Shown here: one piece after another, positions 19,990 to 29,955 of the stretch
Position numbering within the stretch: the stretch's first letter is position 1
Layout of the letters: each line of letters starts with the position of its first letter
Assembly: GCA_963737155.1 (NCBI GenBank)
Contig: CAVTRN010000001.1
Coordinates: forward strand, 1,184,001-1,248,000
Direction: 5' to 3'
Length of the DNA: 64,000 nt
Origin: Nitrospirota bacterium
GTDB taxonomy: Bacteria; Nitrospirota; UBA9217
The notes under the pieces: generated by a model
Told to the model about the DNA's origin: nothing
The model's input: the letters and a program-made list of their open reading frames with translations, nothing else
Database searches by the model: none
Translations under genes and position numbers: made by a program

Positions 19990-20330
19990 TTATGCTACTT
20001 ATGGTAATTGGGGCAATGGCATATTATCCGGTTATAGATTCAAATCAGTTAAAAGCATGGCTCAACAAGGAACAAGGTAATTCTTGTTGAAGCGAGAACA
20101 TACGAGGAGTATTTTCAGGCTCACCTCCACGGAGCATAAACATTTTTGAGGATAAATCGATGATGAATCGGGCAATAATTCCCAAGGATAAGTGAATACC
20201 GATCTTTTATTGCCGAGGACTTGGCACCAATTAAGCCGCATGGCTGTGGGTTTGGTTGTTGAAATGGGCTGATTTACCAGGCGGACATGCCTGACTGGCT
20301 ATTGCAGGGAATCCGCTATAAAAGGGCGAT
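19990..20330 (+). pseudogene. rhodanese-like domain protein remnant
   Basis: IDSNQLKAWL, ILVEARTYEEYFQAHLHGA, IFYCRG, MPDW with stops and frameshifts. Confidence 0.65.
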
Positions 20331-20379
20331 AGCCCAAACTCGAATAGCAATCACTCTCGAATGGCAGGGGAGCAGAGGA

Positions 20380-21177
20380 ATGAAAAGAGAAAAAGTAAAT
20401 TATACGATTCAGTCCGTTTTGCATGCATTCGATATACTGGAATCATTTACCCGGACAGAGGGCGAACTCGGCGTAACAGAGTTGGCTAAGCGACTCAGCC
20501 TGCATAAGAACAATGTTTTCCGCCTCCTGGCCACGCTCGAACACCGAGGTTACATCGAACAGAATAAAGCAACGGAGAATTACCGCCTCGGCCCCAAAAC
20601 GCTCCAACTCGGCTCGATTTTCATTGAGCAGCGCGAGTGTCGCCGCCAAGCCCGTCCCATTCTTGAAAACCTTGCAGCCGCATCAGGGGAGACTACGGTT
20701 GTTGCGGTCCTGCGCGGAAACAAGGTTATATATATGGACAGCGTAGAAACGGACCGGACCGTCCGCGCCGTGTCACGCATCGGCGCCATTTTCCCCGCCC
20801 ATTGCACGGCTGTAGGAAAGGTACAGCTCGCGCATCTGTCGCTGGCCGATATTGAACAACTATATCCCGAGCAGACCCTTGCGACGCTCACGGAAAAGAG
20901 CATTACGACTCGCGATGTCCTCGCAACAGAACTGAAAAGGATCGCTGAAAAAGGCTACGCTGTCGAAAATGAGGAGGCTGAGGAGGACGTGCGGAGCATC
21001 GCTGTTGCTGTCAGGGACTTTTCGAAAAAAACCGTCGCAGCCATCGGCATTGTGGGCCCGGCCAGTAGGCTGACTGATGCACGGATTGACAAAGGCGGGA
21101 TATTCGGCCTGATTCGCGAGTCAGGAGGGGAGCTTTCGTCGCATCTTGGATTCATCTCACAGCCGATGAAAAAATAG
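20380..21177 (+). CDS. IclR family transcriptional regulator
   Basis: N-terminal HTH (LGVTELAKRLSLHKNNVFRLL), PAHCTAVGK, effector domain. Confidence 0.93.
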   Translation: MKREKVNYTIQSVLHAFDILESFTRTEGELGVTELAKRLSLHKNNVFRLLATLEHRGYIEQNKATENYRLGPKTLQLGSIFIEQRECRRQARPILENLAAASGETTVVAVLRGNKVIYMDSVETDRTVRAVSRIGAIFPAHCTAVGKVQLAHLSLADIEQLYPEQTLATLTEKSITTRDVLATELKRIAEKGYAVENEEAEEDVRSIAVAVRDFSKKTVAAIGIVGPASRLTDARIDKGGIFGLIRESGGELSSHLGFISQPMKK

Positions 21178-21268
21178 CGTCTGTTTCTTTTTCTTGGAAG
21201 CTGGATAAAGGGCTGAGGATGCAGTAGTTTATTGACACCGAAGTTTCCGCTATGTTATTATCGCCAAG

Positions 21269-22096
21269 ATGGTGATTGAACGAAAATGGGATCATCTCAA
21301 GACGCTGCTCCATGACATGCAGACGGCGGTGCTTGCATATTCTGGCGGTGTGGACAGCTCGCTCCTGCTCAAGGCCGCAAGTGAAGTTATGGGCAGCCGT
21401 CTGATCGCAGTTACCGCCGTTTCTAAGACCTATCCAGCCGGTGAACTCTCTGCTGCGGAGGAATTCGCACTTTCTCTGTGCGTAAGACACCGGGTTCTTC
21501 ACACCGAGGAACTGAACTCCGAGTCTTTTGTCCGCAATAATTCGGATCGGTGCTACCACTGCAAAAAGGAACTCTTTGAAAAGCTCAGGCAGATAGCCGC
21601 GTCCGAAGGTATTACCACTGTTATTGAGGGATCGAACACAGATGATCTCGGGGATTATCGTCCGGGCAGAAAAGCTGCGCAGGAATTCTCCGTTCGCAGC
21701 CCCCTCGTGGAGGCGGGTATCACGAAAACGGAAGTCCGCGAACTGGCTCGCTTCCTGCACCTGACAGTGTGGGACAAACCATCTCTTGCCTGCCTCTCCT
21801 CACGCATTCCCTATGGAATGAGGATTACACCCGATATACTGGCGACAATCCAGTCCGCCGAGGATCAGCTGCGTGTGCTCGGATTCAGGCAAATGCGTGT
21901 GCGGCATCACGGAGAAACGGCGAGAATAGAGATCTCGCGCACCGATTTCGGTCGGCTTCTGATCGATAAGACTGCTGCACAGATTACCACGGCTCTCAAA
22001 AAACTGGGATATACCTATGTTTGTCTGGATCTTGAGGGGTATCGGACGGGAAGTATGAATGAAGGGATTAAAAAGGCAGTGAAGAACAGTCGGTAA
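21269..22096 (+). CDS. larE: ATP-dependent sacrificial sulfur transferase (PP-loop)
   Basis: AYSGGVDS, RCYHCK, DYRPG, ACLSSRIPYG, GYRTGSMN. Confidence 0.9.
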   Translation: MVIERKWDHLKTLLHDMQTAVLAYSGGVDSSLLLKAASEVMGSRLIAVTAVSKTYPAGELSAAEEFALSLCVRHRVLHTEELNSESFVRNNSDRCYHCKKELFEKLRQIAASEGITTVIEGSNTDDLGDYRPGRKAAQEFSVRSPLVEAGITKTEVRELARFLHLTVWDKPSLACLSSRIPYGMRITPDILATIQSAEDQLRVLGFRQMRVRHHGETARIEISRTDFGRLLIDKTAAQITTALKKLGYTYVCLDLEGYRTGSMNEGIKKAVKNSR

Positions 22097-22221
22097 ACCG
22101 GCGGGAAATAAATGGCTTGAGAGAGTAGGCCTTATACTTTCGACAGTATACGGGGGACAGAGTTCAAAATGCTGCTTTCTCAACGCTCCAAGTTGTCCAT
22201 TGCTTCTTCGAGGGGGGATAA

Positions 22222-23499
22222 ATGAAGGTATTGGTAGTCGGCAGCGGTGGCAGGGAGCATGCGCTCGCTTGGAAAATATCGCAGAGTCCGAAGGTCACGG
22301 CTATTTATGCTGCTCCGGGCAATGCGGGCATGGCGCAGCTCGCGGAATGTATAGCGATCAAGGCCGATGACATTCATGGACTGCTGGCTTTTGCAAAGTC
22401 AAAAGCCGTTGATTTGACTATCGTTGGTCCCGAGGGACCGCTCTCGATGGGCATCGTGGATGAATTCGAGAAGGCTGGTCTTCGCATCTTCGGTCCGAGT
22501 AGGCAGGCGGCCGAAATCGAAGCGAGCAAGCGTTTTTCTAAGGACTTGATGAAGAAATACAACATCCCTTCAGCTGAGTATGGCGTATTCATCGATAAGA
22601 CCGCGGCGGAGGCCTATATATATGAGAAGGGCGCACCAATCGTGGTGAAGGCGGACGGCTTGGCAGCTGGCAAGGGAGTGGTTGTCGCTGAAACGGTTGA
22701 CGAGGCGCTCCAGGCCTTGCACCTGATCATGGTTGCCAAAGTCTTCGGCAAAGCCGGTGACCGCGTCGTGATTGAAGAATGCCTTAAGGGGGAGGAAGCT
22801 TCGTTCATGGCCTTCTCTGATGGCAAGACCGTTGTGCCCATGGTGTCTTCGCAGGACCACAAGCGCGTGTTCGATGCGGACAAGGGGCCGAACACGGGAG
22901 GCATGGGCGCTTATTCACCTGCGCCGGTCGTTACGAAAAAGCTGGAGCGGAAGATCATGGATGCGATCATGATTCCCACGGTGCGGGCCATGGAAAAAGA
23001 AGGGCACATGTTCAAGGGCGTGCTCTACGCTGGGCTCATGATCAACGGTAGCGAAGCCAAGGTACTAGAGTTCAACGCCCGGTTCGGAGATCCCGAGACG
23101 CAGCCGATCATGGCCCGACTTGACACGGATCTCATCGAGATCATCGAAGCCGTTCTCGACGGTTCTCTGGCGAAGATCGACATCAAATGGAAGCCTGAAT
23201 CGGCTGTATGCGTGGTGATGGCCTCGGGCGGCTACCCTGGGAACTATGAGAAGGGCAGGGTAATATCCGGCCTCGGGATTGCCGCACAGCAAAAGGGCGT
23301 CGTAGTCTTCCACGCCGGCACCGCGCTGAAAAACGGGGTTGTTGTGACAGACGGTGGTAGGGTGCTTGGAGTAACGGCCCTCGGCCCCGTTGTTGCGGCG
23401 GCCATCGATAATGCTTACGCAGGTGTGCGGGCAATTTCCTTTGAAGGCATGCACTATCGCAGGGATATTGGCGCGCGGGTTCTCGAGACGGGAAATTGA
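22222..23499 (+). CDS. purD: phosphoribosylamine--glycine ligase
   Basis: GSGGREHA, KADGLAAGKGV, QDHKR, GPNTGGMG, EFNARFGDPE. Confidence 0.98.
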   Translation: MKVLVVGSGGREHALAWKISQSPKVTAIYAAPGNAGMAQLAECIAIKADDIHGLLAFAKSKAVDLTIVGPEGPLSMGIVDEFEKAGLRIFGPSRQAAEIEASKRFSKDLMKKYNIPSAEYGVFIDKTAAEAYIYEKGAPIVVKADGLAAGKGVVVAETVDEALQALHLIMVAKVFGKAGDRVVIEECLKGEEASFMAFSDGKTVVPMVSSQDHKRVFDADKGPNTGGMGAYSPAPVVTKKLERKIMDAIMIPTVRAMEKEGHMFKGVLYAGLMINGSEAKVLEFNARFGDPETQPIMARLDTDLIEIIEAVLDGSLAKIDIKWKPESAVCVVMASGGYPGNYEKGRVISGLGIAAQQKGVVVFHAGTALKNGVVVTDGGRVLGVTALGPVVAAAIDNAYAGVRAISFEGMHYRRDIGARVLETGN

Positions 23500-23615
23500 A
23501 AAGAGTCCCAGGTTTTTGCTTCTTTTTTAAAAGCTTAAGAAGCGAGTAGTTACGATTAATCTGTTATTTTGTCTGCCCCGTCGCGGCGGCATACTTCATG
23601 ATGACATTTTGCCCA

Positions 23616-24380
23616 ATGCAAAAACCGACAATAAAGAACATTACGGTGTTTTTGAACAAAACACTGAGGGTCGGGAAAATCAAAGACGCTTCAAAAAACG
23701 GGTTGCAGGTGCAGTCCCGTAAGAGTGGCGAAATAGGGACAGTCGGCTTTGCCGTGGATGCATGCATCACCACTTTTGAAAGGGCACGGGAGCTTGGCGT
23801 CGATCTCCTTGTCGTTCATCATGGAATCAAGTGGGTTCCTCAGAAGGACCGAAGGCTGGTGATGCTGAGAGAAACTTGCCTGAAAAAGAACAAGATGGCC
23901 CTCTACGCCGCCCATCTTCCTCTTGATCTGCATGAGGAATATGGGAACAATATGCAGCTGGCCCGGATTCTCGGCCTCGGTCGGCTAAACAAGTTTGGCA
24001 GGTACCACGGCATCAAAATCGGCTATGCCGGAAAGTTCGTATCGGTGGTGAAACTGGCCGACGTTGCGGCGCAGGTCGGGAAACAACTGCGATCGACATG
24101 CTTTGTTCTTCCTTTCGGGAAAGAGAGGATCAGGTCAATCGGCATCGTCTCGGGCGGCGGAGGCAGCATGCTGCCTGATGCCATCCGGGAAAAGCTCGAT
24201 TGTTTTCTGGTAGGCGAGGTGGATTTGGCTGTGTACAACGCGGCAAAGGACCAGCGGATCAACGTTATCGCCGCCGGCCACTATGCGACGGAGACTGTAG
24301 GGGTGAAAGCTCTGGCGCCTCTGATAAAAGAAGTATTCGGCGTTAAAACAGTTTTTATTGAAGATACAAAGGATTTGTGA
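23616..24380 (+). CDS. Nif3-like dinuclear metal center hexameric protein
   Basis: NGLQV, VHHG, HLPLD, AGHYATE; start uncertain (23598 or 23616). Confidence 0.9.
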   Translation: MQKPTIKNITVFLNKTLRVGKIKDASKNGLQVQSRKSGEIGTVGFAVDACITTFERARELGVDLLVVHHGIKWVPQKDRRLVMLRETCLKKNKMALYAAHLPLDLHEEYGNNMQLARILGLGRLNKFGRYHGIKIGYAGKFVSVVKLADVAAQVGKQLRSTCFVLPFGKERIRSIGIVSGGGGSMLPDAIREKLDCFLVGEVDLAVYNAAKDQRINVIAAGHYATETVGVKALAPLIKEVFGVKTVFIEDTKDL

Positions 24381-24426
24381 CGATAACCTATTTATAGTTT
24401 ATTAACTTTTCAAGAAAGGAGTTTTC

Positions 24427-25047
24427 ATGAGCAAACCAGTTGTTGGAATTCTGATGGGAAGCGATTCCGATCTGCCGGTGATGCAGGAAGCCGCGGCCAT
24501 GCTTCAGGAATTCGGGATCGATTACGAAATGACCATCGCCTCAGCCCACCGGACGCCAAAAAAGGTTCTTGAATACGGCTCGACCGCAGAAAAGCGCGGG
24601 ATCAAGGTTATCATTGCGGGAGCGGGATGGGCCGCCCACCTGGCGGGCGTGGTCGCATCCCAAACCACGCTGCCAGTGATTGGTGTGCCGATTGATTCGT
24701 CCCCTCTCAAGGGACTTGACGCGCTCCTAGCCACGGTGCAGATGCCCGGAGGCGTTCCGGTGGCCACTATGTCGCTCGGCAAGGCTGGTGCGAAGAATGC
24801 AGGAATTTTTGCGGCTCAGATCATCGCGGCCTCGGACGTGAAAATTGCAAACCGACTTAAAGTTTACCGCGTGGAGATGGAACGGGAGGTTGAGGAAAAG
24901 GCAAAGCGTCTTGCTGTGATGAGTTCGGTGCCGGCTGCTACGGAGCCGATTGCAGTTGGAGCGCCCCCGGCCAAGAAAAAATCGCGGCGCAGGCGGTGGA
25001 AGAAAAAACCGGGCGGCGCCGCTCCTGCAGAGGGCCCAGCGGCATGA
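24427..25047 (+). CDS. purE: N5-CAIR mutase with basic C-terminal extension
   Basis: MGSDSD, SAHRTP, AAHLAG, QMPGGVPVAT. Confidence 0.96.
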   Translation: MSKPVVGILMGSDSDLPVMQEAAAMLQEFGIDYEMTIASAHRTPKKVLEYGSTAEKRGIKVIIAGAGWAAHLAGVVASQTTLPVIGVPIDSSPLKGLDALLATVQMPGGVPVATMSLGKAGAKNAGIFAAQIIAASDVKIANRLKVYRVEMEREVEEKAKRLAVMSSVPAATEPIAVGAPPAKKKSRRRRWKKKPGGAAPAEGPAA

Positions 25048-25901
25048 AGACGGAACTCGCGTGCCTGCCTTGCTTCTTTAGCCAGGTCTCGCGCACGCTC
25101 GAGTATGCTGGCGTGAACGGAGAGCGGGGTCTGGGCATCAGGCAACGGGCGGAAGCGATCATCGCGGCGTCATCGCTCGACGACGTGCCTGCCCGTACCA
25201 CGACCATTATTCACCGAATGCTACGCGAGGAAACCGGTGTCGATCCTTATCGTTCCGTGAAGGAAGCCTATAACCGTATTGCGCTCGAAAGGCTGACGGC
25301 TTTGCGCCGAATGGCGGCTGCCTGCAGCGATCGTCTCGAAGGTAGTGTCCGAATCGCAATCGCAGGGAATGTGATCGATTTTGGCATCTATGAATCAATA
25401 GACCTGGACCGTTCGATTGAGGAGTCGTTCCAGTTGCCCCTCACTTCCTCATCGTACAGCGTTTTTGCTGGGAAAGTTGCCGCAGCGCGACGCATCCTCT
25501 ATCTTTGCGACAATGCCGGAGAGATTGTATTCGACCGGGTGTTGCTAGAAACCCTTCGGGACATGGGCAAGGACGTGACCGCCGCGGTTAAAGGTTCGCC
25601 GGTCATCAATGATGCCACATTTGAGGATGCTCATGCCGCCCGGCTTCAGGACAGTGCAAGAGTGATTGACAACGGCAGCGATGGCATCGGCACATTGCTG
25701 GAGACCTGTTCGAAAGACTTCCTTGATCTGTACCACAGCGCGGACTTGGTCATCAGCAAGGGCCAGGCGAACTACGAAACACTGACTCTGGAAAAGGACA
25801 AGCGGATCTTTTTCCTATTTAAAGTTAAGTGTTCGGTCGTTGCATCGTTCCTGCAGAAGCCCGATGGAGACATCGTACTGACGGGCGGGAATGATGTATA
25901 G
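25044..25901 (+). CDS. ARMT1-like (DUF89) damage-control phosphatase
   Basis: CLPC, GNVIDFG, DNAGEIVFD, KGQANYE; ATGA overlap with purE. Confidence 0.9.
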   Translation: MKTELACLPCFFSQVSRTLEYAGVNGERGLGIRQRAEAIIAASSLDDVPARTTTIIHRMLREETGVDPYRSVKEAYNRIALERLTALRRMAAACSDRLEGSVRIAIAGNVIDFGIYESIDLDRSIEESFQLPLTSSSYSVFAGKVAAARRILYLCDNAGEIVFDRVLLETLRDMGKDVTAAVKGSPVINDATFEDAHAARLQDSARVIDNGSDGIGTLLETCSKDFLDLYHSADLVISKGQANYETLTLEKDKRIFFLFKVKCSVVASFLQKPDGDIVLTGGNDV

Positions 25902-25929
25902 TTTGAACCCTGAAGCCGATGAGCAGGTG

Positions 25930-26556
25930 ATGAAGAAGGCGGAGACCGTTAAAATTGATTCGGCCCGTCCTGAACTGGCCTTTTCCCGGTGCAGGGACGT
26001 TCTCGCTTCGGGCGGTGTAATAGTGTATCCCACGGATACTTATTACGGTCTCGGCGCTGACCCGCGGAACCTCCGCGCCGTAAGGAAGCTTTTCGAGATC
26101 AAAAACAGGCCCGCAGGCCAGCCCATATTACTGCTAATTGCCGATCTGGCGGATGTGAAGGAGTGGGTGGACGTTATCCCGTTCCGGGCAGCGGACCTCA
26201 TGGAACGGCACTGGCCGGGGCCGCTTACGCTTATATTCATGGCCAAAGCGGAGGTGCTTCCCGAGCTTACCGGGGGCACGGGTGCCATTGGGCTGCGGGT
26301 ACCGGGCAGCGAGATCACCCGAGGACTGCTCCGGAGCCTCGGCTGCGCCCTGACCGGCACGAGCGCCAACCGTTCCGGACGGCCGAGCATCCGCACGGCT
26401 GCGGAAGCTGAAGCGACGATCGGCGACCGGGTTGACTTGATTCTCGATGGAGGAGAAACCACGGGAGGAAAACCGTCGACGGTTGTCGACGTTTCCGGCG
26501 ATGTTCTGAGGGTGCTCCGTGAAGGAGCTGTTCCTGTGCGGGATATCACTGGTTGA
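25930..26556 (+). CDS. tsaC: L-threonylcarbamoyladenylate synthase (Sua5/YrdC)
   Basis: PTDTYYGL, KNRP, WPGPLT, TSANRSG, STVVD; start uncertain. Confidence 0.92.
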   Translation: MKKAETVKIDSARPELAFSRCRDVLASGGVIVYPTDTYYGLGADPRNLRAVRKLFEIKNRPAGQPILLLIADLADVKEWVDVIPFRAADLMERHWPGPLTLIFMAKAEVLPELTGGTGAIGLRVPGSEITRGLLRSLGCALTGTSANRSGRPSIRTAAEAEATIGDRVDLILDGGETTGGKPSTVVDVSGDVLRVLREGAVPVRDITG

Positions 26557-26589
26557 ATAAAATTCTTTTTGCATGATGAAGGGTTTCCG

Positions 26590-27909
26590 ATGAAAAAAAA
26601 ATTTGTAGTCGACACCAATGTGCTGCTTCACGATCCGAAGGCGATTTTCTCGTTCGAGGACAATGACGTCATAATCCCGATCGTCGTGATTGAGGAACTG
26701 GACAAATTCAAAAAAGGCATTGATGAAATCGGCAGGAACGCACGCCAGGTTTCCCGGATCCTCGACGATCTTCGCCAGAAAGGCAAGCTGTCGCAGGGCG
26801 TGCAGCTTGAGGGTGGCGGAAGCCTGTGTGTGGAACTCAACCATCAGTCCACGGAACACCTGCCCAAGGAACTGGTCGCAGAAAAAGCGGACAACCGGAT
26901 ACTGTCCACGGCGCTTAACCTGAAGCACGAAAATCTTCCTGTCGTCCTGGTGACGAAAGACACGAACCTTCGCATCAAGGCCGACGCCTTGGGACTCCGA
27001 GCTGAGGATTACGAATCGGACACCATTACGCTCGACGAACTCTACTCCGGAGAGACCGAACTCATGGTCGATCCTGGGGCGATCGAAGAATTCTATGCAA
27101 AGGGCGAGTTCTCGCCCTCCGGAGAGCCGAAACCCTTTTCCAACCAGTTCGTCCTGCTCAAGAACAGCGCCAATCCTTCCCAGACTGCGCTCGCTCGGTA
27201 TAATCAGCAGAAACAGGCCCTGATGCCGCTCATAAACACCAAGCACGGTGTGTGGGGCATCAATGCAAGAAACAAACAGCAGCAGTTCGCCCTCGATCTT
27301 CTCCTGAATGATGATATCCGTCTTGTGACGCTCGTGGGCAAGGCCGGCACGGGCAAGACCCTCCTGGCCCTCGCCGCGGGCCTGGAGAAAACCATCGAGG
27401 CTAGGACTTTCCAGCGGCTGGTCGTTTCGCGCCCTGTGTTCCCACTTGGCAAGGACATTGGGTTCCTGCCCGGGGACATCGAGGAGAAGCTCCGACCCTG
27501 GATGCAGCCAATCCGTGATAATCTCGACTTTTTGATGGGCGCCTCGGCCGTTGCGGGTCGGGTCAAGGGCAAAAAGGACCTCCAGAGTCTATTTGACCTT
27601 GGCATGATCGAGGTGGAGCCGCTGACCTACATCCGCGGCCGGAGCATGCCGAACCAGTATCTCATTGTAGATGAGGCGCAGAACCTCACTCCCCATGAAC
27701 TCAAGACAATTATCACGCGGGCCGGTGAGGGGACCAAAATCGTGCTGACGGGCGATCCGTACCAGATAGACAATCCCTATATCGATTCGTCGAGCAATGG
27801 TCTTACCTTTGTGGTTGAGCGGTTCAAGGAGGAACCTATTGCCGGGCATATCACCCTCGTAAAGGGCGAGCGTTCCGATCTCGCCGAACTCGCGGCAACT
27901 CTTTTATAA
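26590..27909 (+). CDS. PIN-domain/PhoH family ATPase (PhoH2-type)
   Basis: DTNVLLHD PIN start; GKAGTGKT, GFLPG, YIRGRS, DEAQN. Confidence 0.93.
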   Translation: MKKKFVVDTNVLLHDPKAIFSFEDNDVIIPIVVIEELDKFKKGIDEIGRNARQVSRILDDLRQKGKLSQGVQLEGGGSLCVELNHQSTEHLPKELVAEKADNRILSTALNLKHENLPVVLVTKDTNLRIKADALGLRAEDYESDTITLDELYSGETELMVDPGAIEEFYAKGEFSPSGEPKPFSNQFVLLKNSANPSQTALARYNQQKQALMPLINTKHGVWGINARNKQQQFALDLLLNDDIRLVTLVGKAGTGKTLLALAAGLEKTIEARTFQRLVVSRPVFPLGKDIGFLPGDIEEKLRPWMQPIRDNLDFLMGASAVAGRVKGKKDLQSLFDLGMIEVEPLTYIRGRSMPNQYLIVDEAQNLTPHELKTIITRAGEGTKIVLTGDPYQIDNPYIDSSSNGLTFVVERFKEEPIAGHITLVKGERSDLAELAATLL

Positions 27910-27979
27910 AATTACAGTCCAGAGCTCGAAACACTGAACGGTGAACTCTGATCTATGGTAAAAAACTAGGTAATAGGCA

Positions 27980-28879
27980 ATGCAAAAACATAAACAATCA
28001 TACAATACAATTTTTTTAATCATCAGTATTCTGGCAATGCTCTTTGTCCTTACCGAGATCGTCATGAAGTTCTTCGGTAAAAGTATATGTGGTACCGAGG
28101 GATGTAAAATGACGGCCCAGTCCGCTCGGTTCGGGGATATTTCCATATTCTTCATCGGTTTCTGCACGTTTTTCTCCCTGGCTGGCCTTACGATCCTGAA
28201 TCGGCACCTTCGGAAACCCCGTATCGATCGGCTCATCAATCTCATTCTGGTAGTCGCCCTGGCGGGCGAAGGTTTCTTCATGGGTTATCTGGCATTCCGG
28301 ATTCATATGGTTTGTTTGTTCTGCGTCACGATTTTTATTTTTATGGTCACCCTCGGCACTTTAAGGCTTCTCGCTGGTGAAACGGATATACTTGCTGGAT
28401 TCGGCGTCCTTGCGGCGGTTTTCATTATCCAGTATCTTGTGTTGCCCGCCGGAGTGCCCGTTAATCTACCCTTGAATGAACGGCTTATCCTGTTTTATAG
28501 TAAGGATTGCAAGCATTGCGCCGAGGTCATCAAGGAATTGGACGAGAAAAAAATACAGGTCGTCCATCTGCAGGTGGGCGAGTATGCGGTCTTCCTGAAA
28601 AACATGGGCATCGAGAGCATTCCCACACTTATGGTGAATGAACCCTATCAAAAAATATTTCTCACTGGGGAAGAGGCGATCAAAAGCTACTTGCTTGCAT
28701 GTACGAATCCAAAGGCGACCGGGGTTACAACGCCGCGAAAAGCAAAAGCGCTGGGCAAATACGTTGCCCCAGACAAGAACATGACAATCGACCTCTTCAG
28801 TCAACCGGGTCTTCTGACGTTGCCGAGTCAATCAACAGCAGATAAAGGCATGTGCAAGGAAGAAGAAGTCTGCAAATAA
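27980..28879 (+). CDS. VKOR-like membrane protein fused to a thioredoxin-like domain
   Basis: CxxxxC loop pair, TM helices with CLFC, soluble domain with CKHC and IPTL. Confidence 0.7.
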   Translation: MQKHKQSYNTIFLIISILAMLFVLTEIVMKFFGKSICGTEGCKMTAQSARFGDISIFFIGFCTFFSLAGLTILNRHLRKPRIDRLINLILVVALAGEGFFMGYLAFRIHMVCLFCVTIFIFMVTLGTLRLLAGETDILAGFGVLAAVFIIQYLVLPAGVPVNLPLNERLILFYSKDCKHCAEVIKELDEKKIQVVHLQVGEYAVFLKNMGIESIPTLMVNEPYQKIFLTGEEAIKSYLLACTNPKATGVTTPRKAKALGKYVAPDKNMTIDLFSQPGLLTLPSQSTADKGMCKEEEVCK

Positions 28880-28982
28880 CAAGCCTCCCGTTTTGATTTC
28901 CCGCATCGGGACCGGCATGTGCCTGCCCAGCTTGCATTTCTCTGTGGAAAAAAAATCGTGCTCTGTGGTAATATAGGCGTCC

Positions 28983-29849
28983 ATGGCAAAAATTCTTGAG
29001 AAAAGGCTGATTCGGCGGCCCGATGTATTTTATTATAAAATCGCTGCGCCGCTAATTTCCCGGAAAGCCAGCCCAGGACAGTTCGTGATCATCAGGCTCC
29101 ATGAGAAGGGCGAGCGCATCCCTCTGTCCTTGGCCGATATCAATCCTGTGGAAGGTACGATCAGTCTTATCGTCATGGCTGTGGGCAAAACCACTGCAGA
29201 GTTGTCAGGTTATGACGCAGGCGGAGATATCCTCGATTTGTGCGGTCCGTTGGGGATGCCGACGCATGTCGAACGGGTGGGCAGGGTGGTTCTTGTCGGC
29301 GGTGGTTTCGGCGTGGCCCCGCTCTACCCCATAGCGCGGGCCCTCAGAGCGGCAGGTAACAGGGTCACCGTCATCATGGGCGCGAGAAGCAGCGACTTGC
29401 TGATCTACGAGCAGGAGATGCTGGGCGTAAGCGACAAGATGCTGGTGACGACCGATGACGGAAGCAAGGGAGCCAAGGGCATCGTGACCACGGCCCTTAC
29501 GCAGGAGCTTGCATCTGGCGGCGCGGACCTTGTCATGGCGGTTGGTCCGGCTATCATGATGAAATTCGTCGCCGAAACCACTCGGCCCCTCGGTATCAAG
29601 ACGATGGTGAGCCTGAACCCCATCATGATTGACGGCACCGGTATGTGCGGCGGTTGCCGCGTCTCGATCGGTGGCGCCCTTAAGTTTGCCTGTATCGACG
29701 GACCGGAGTTCGACGGCCATGCCGTCGACTGGGATCTGCTCATCAACCGCCAACTGATTTATAAAAAGCAAGAAAAAGAATCCTTCGATAAGTGGAAACA
29801 ACGCCATGAACGCATGATGAGCAAAGACAAGCAGCCTATCTGTGAGTAG
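28983..29849 (+). CDS. sulfide/dihydroorotate dehydrogenase-like FAD/NAD-binding protein (NfnA/SudB type)
   Basis: PGQFVI, ERIPLS, GPLG, GGGFG, DGTGMCGGCR...CIDGPEF. Confidence 0.9.
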   Translation: MAKILEKRLIRRPDVFYYKIAAPLISRKASPGQFVIIRLHEKGERIPLSLADINPVEGTISLIVMAVGKTTAELSGYDAGGDILDLCGPLGMPTHVERVGRVVLVGGGFGVAPLYPIARALRAAGNRVTVIMGARSSDLLIYEQEMLGVSDKMLVTTDDGSKGAKGIVTTALTQELASGGADLVMAVGPAIMMKFVAETTRPLGIKTMVSLNPIMIDGTGMCGGCRVSIGGALKFACIDGPEFDGHAVDWDLLINRQLIYKKQEKESFDKWKQRHERMMSKDKQPICE

Positions 29850-29955
29850 CCCCGGGCGTTGCAACAGGAACATAATCAGCGGCAGGACGCCCCGGGAATC
29901 ATCCGGTAATCTCCTTGACACCCCATAATCGTTATGTTAATTTACCGGCACTGTA

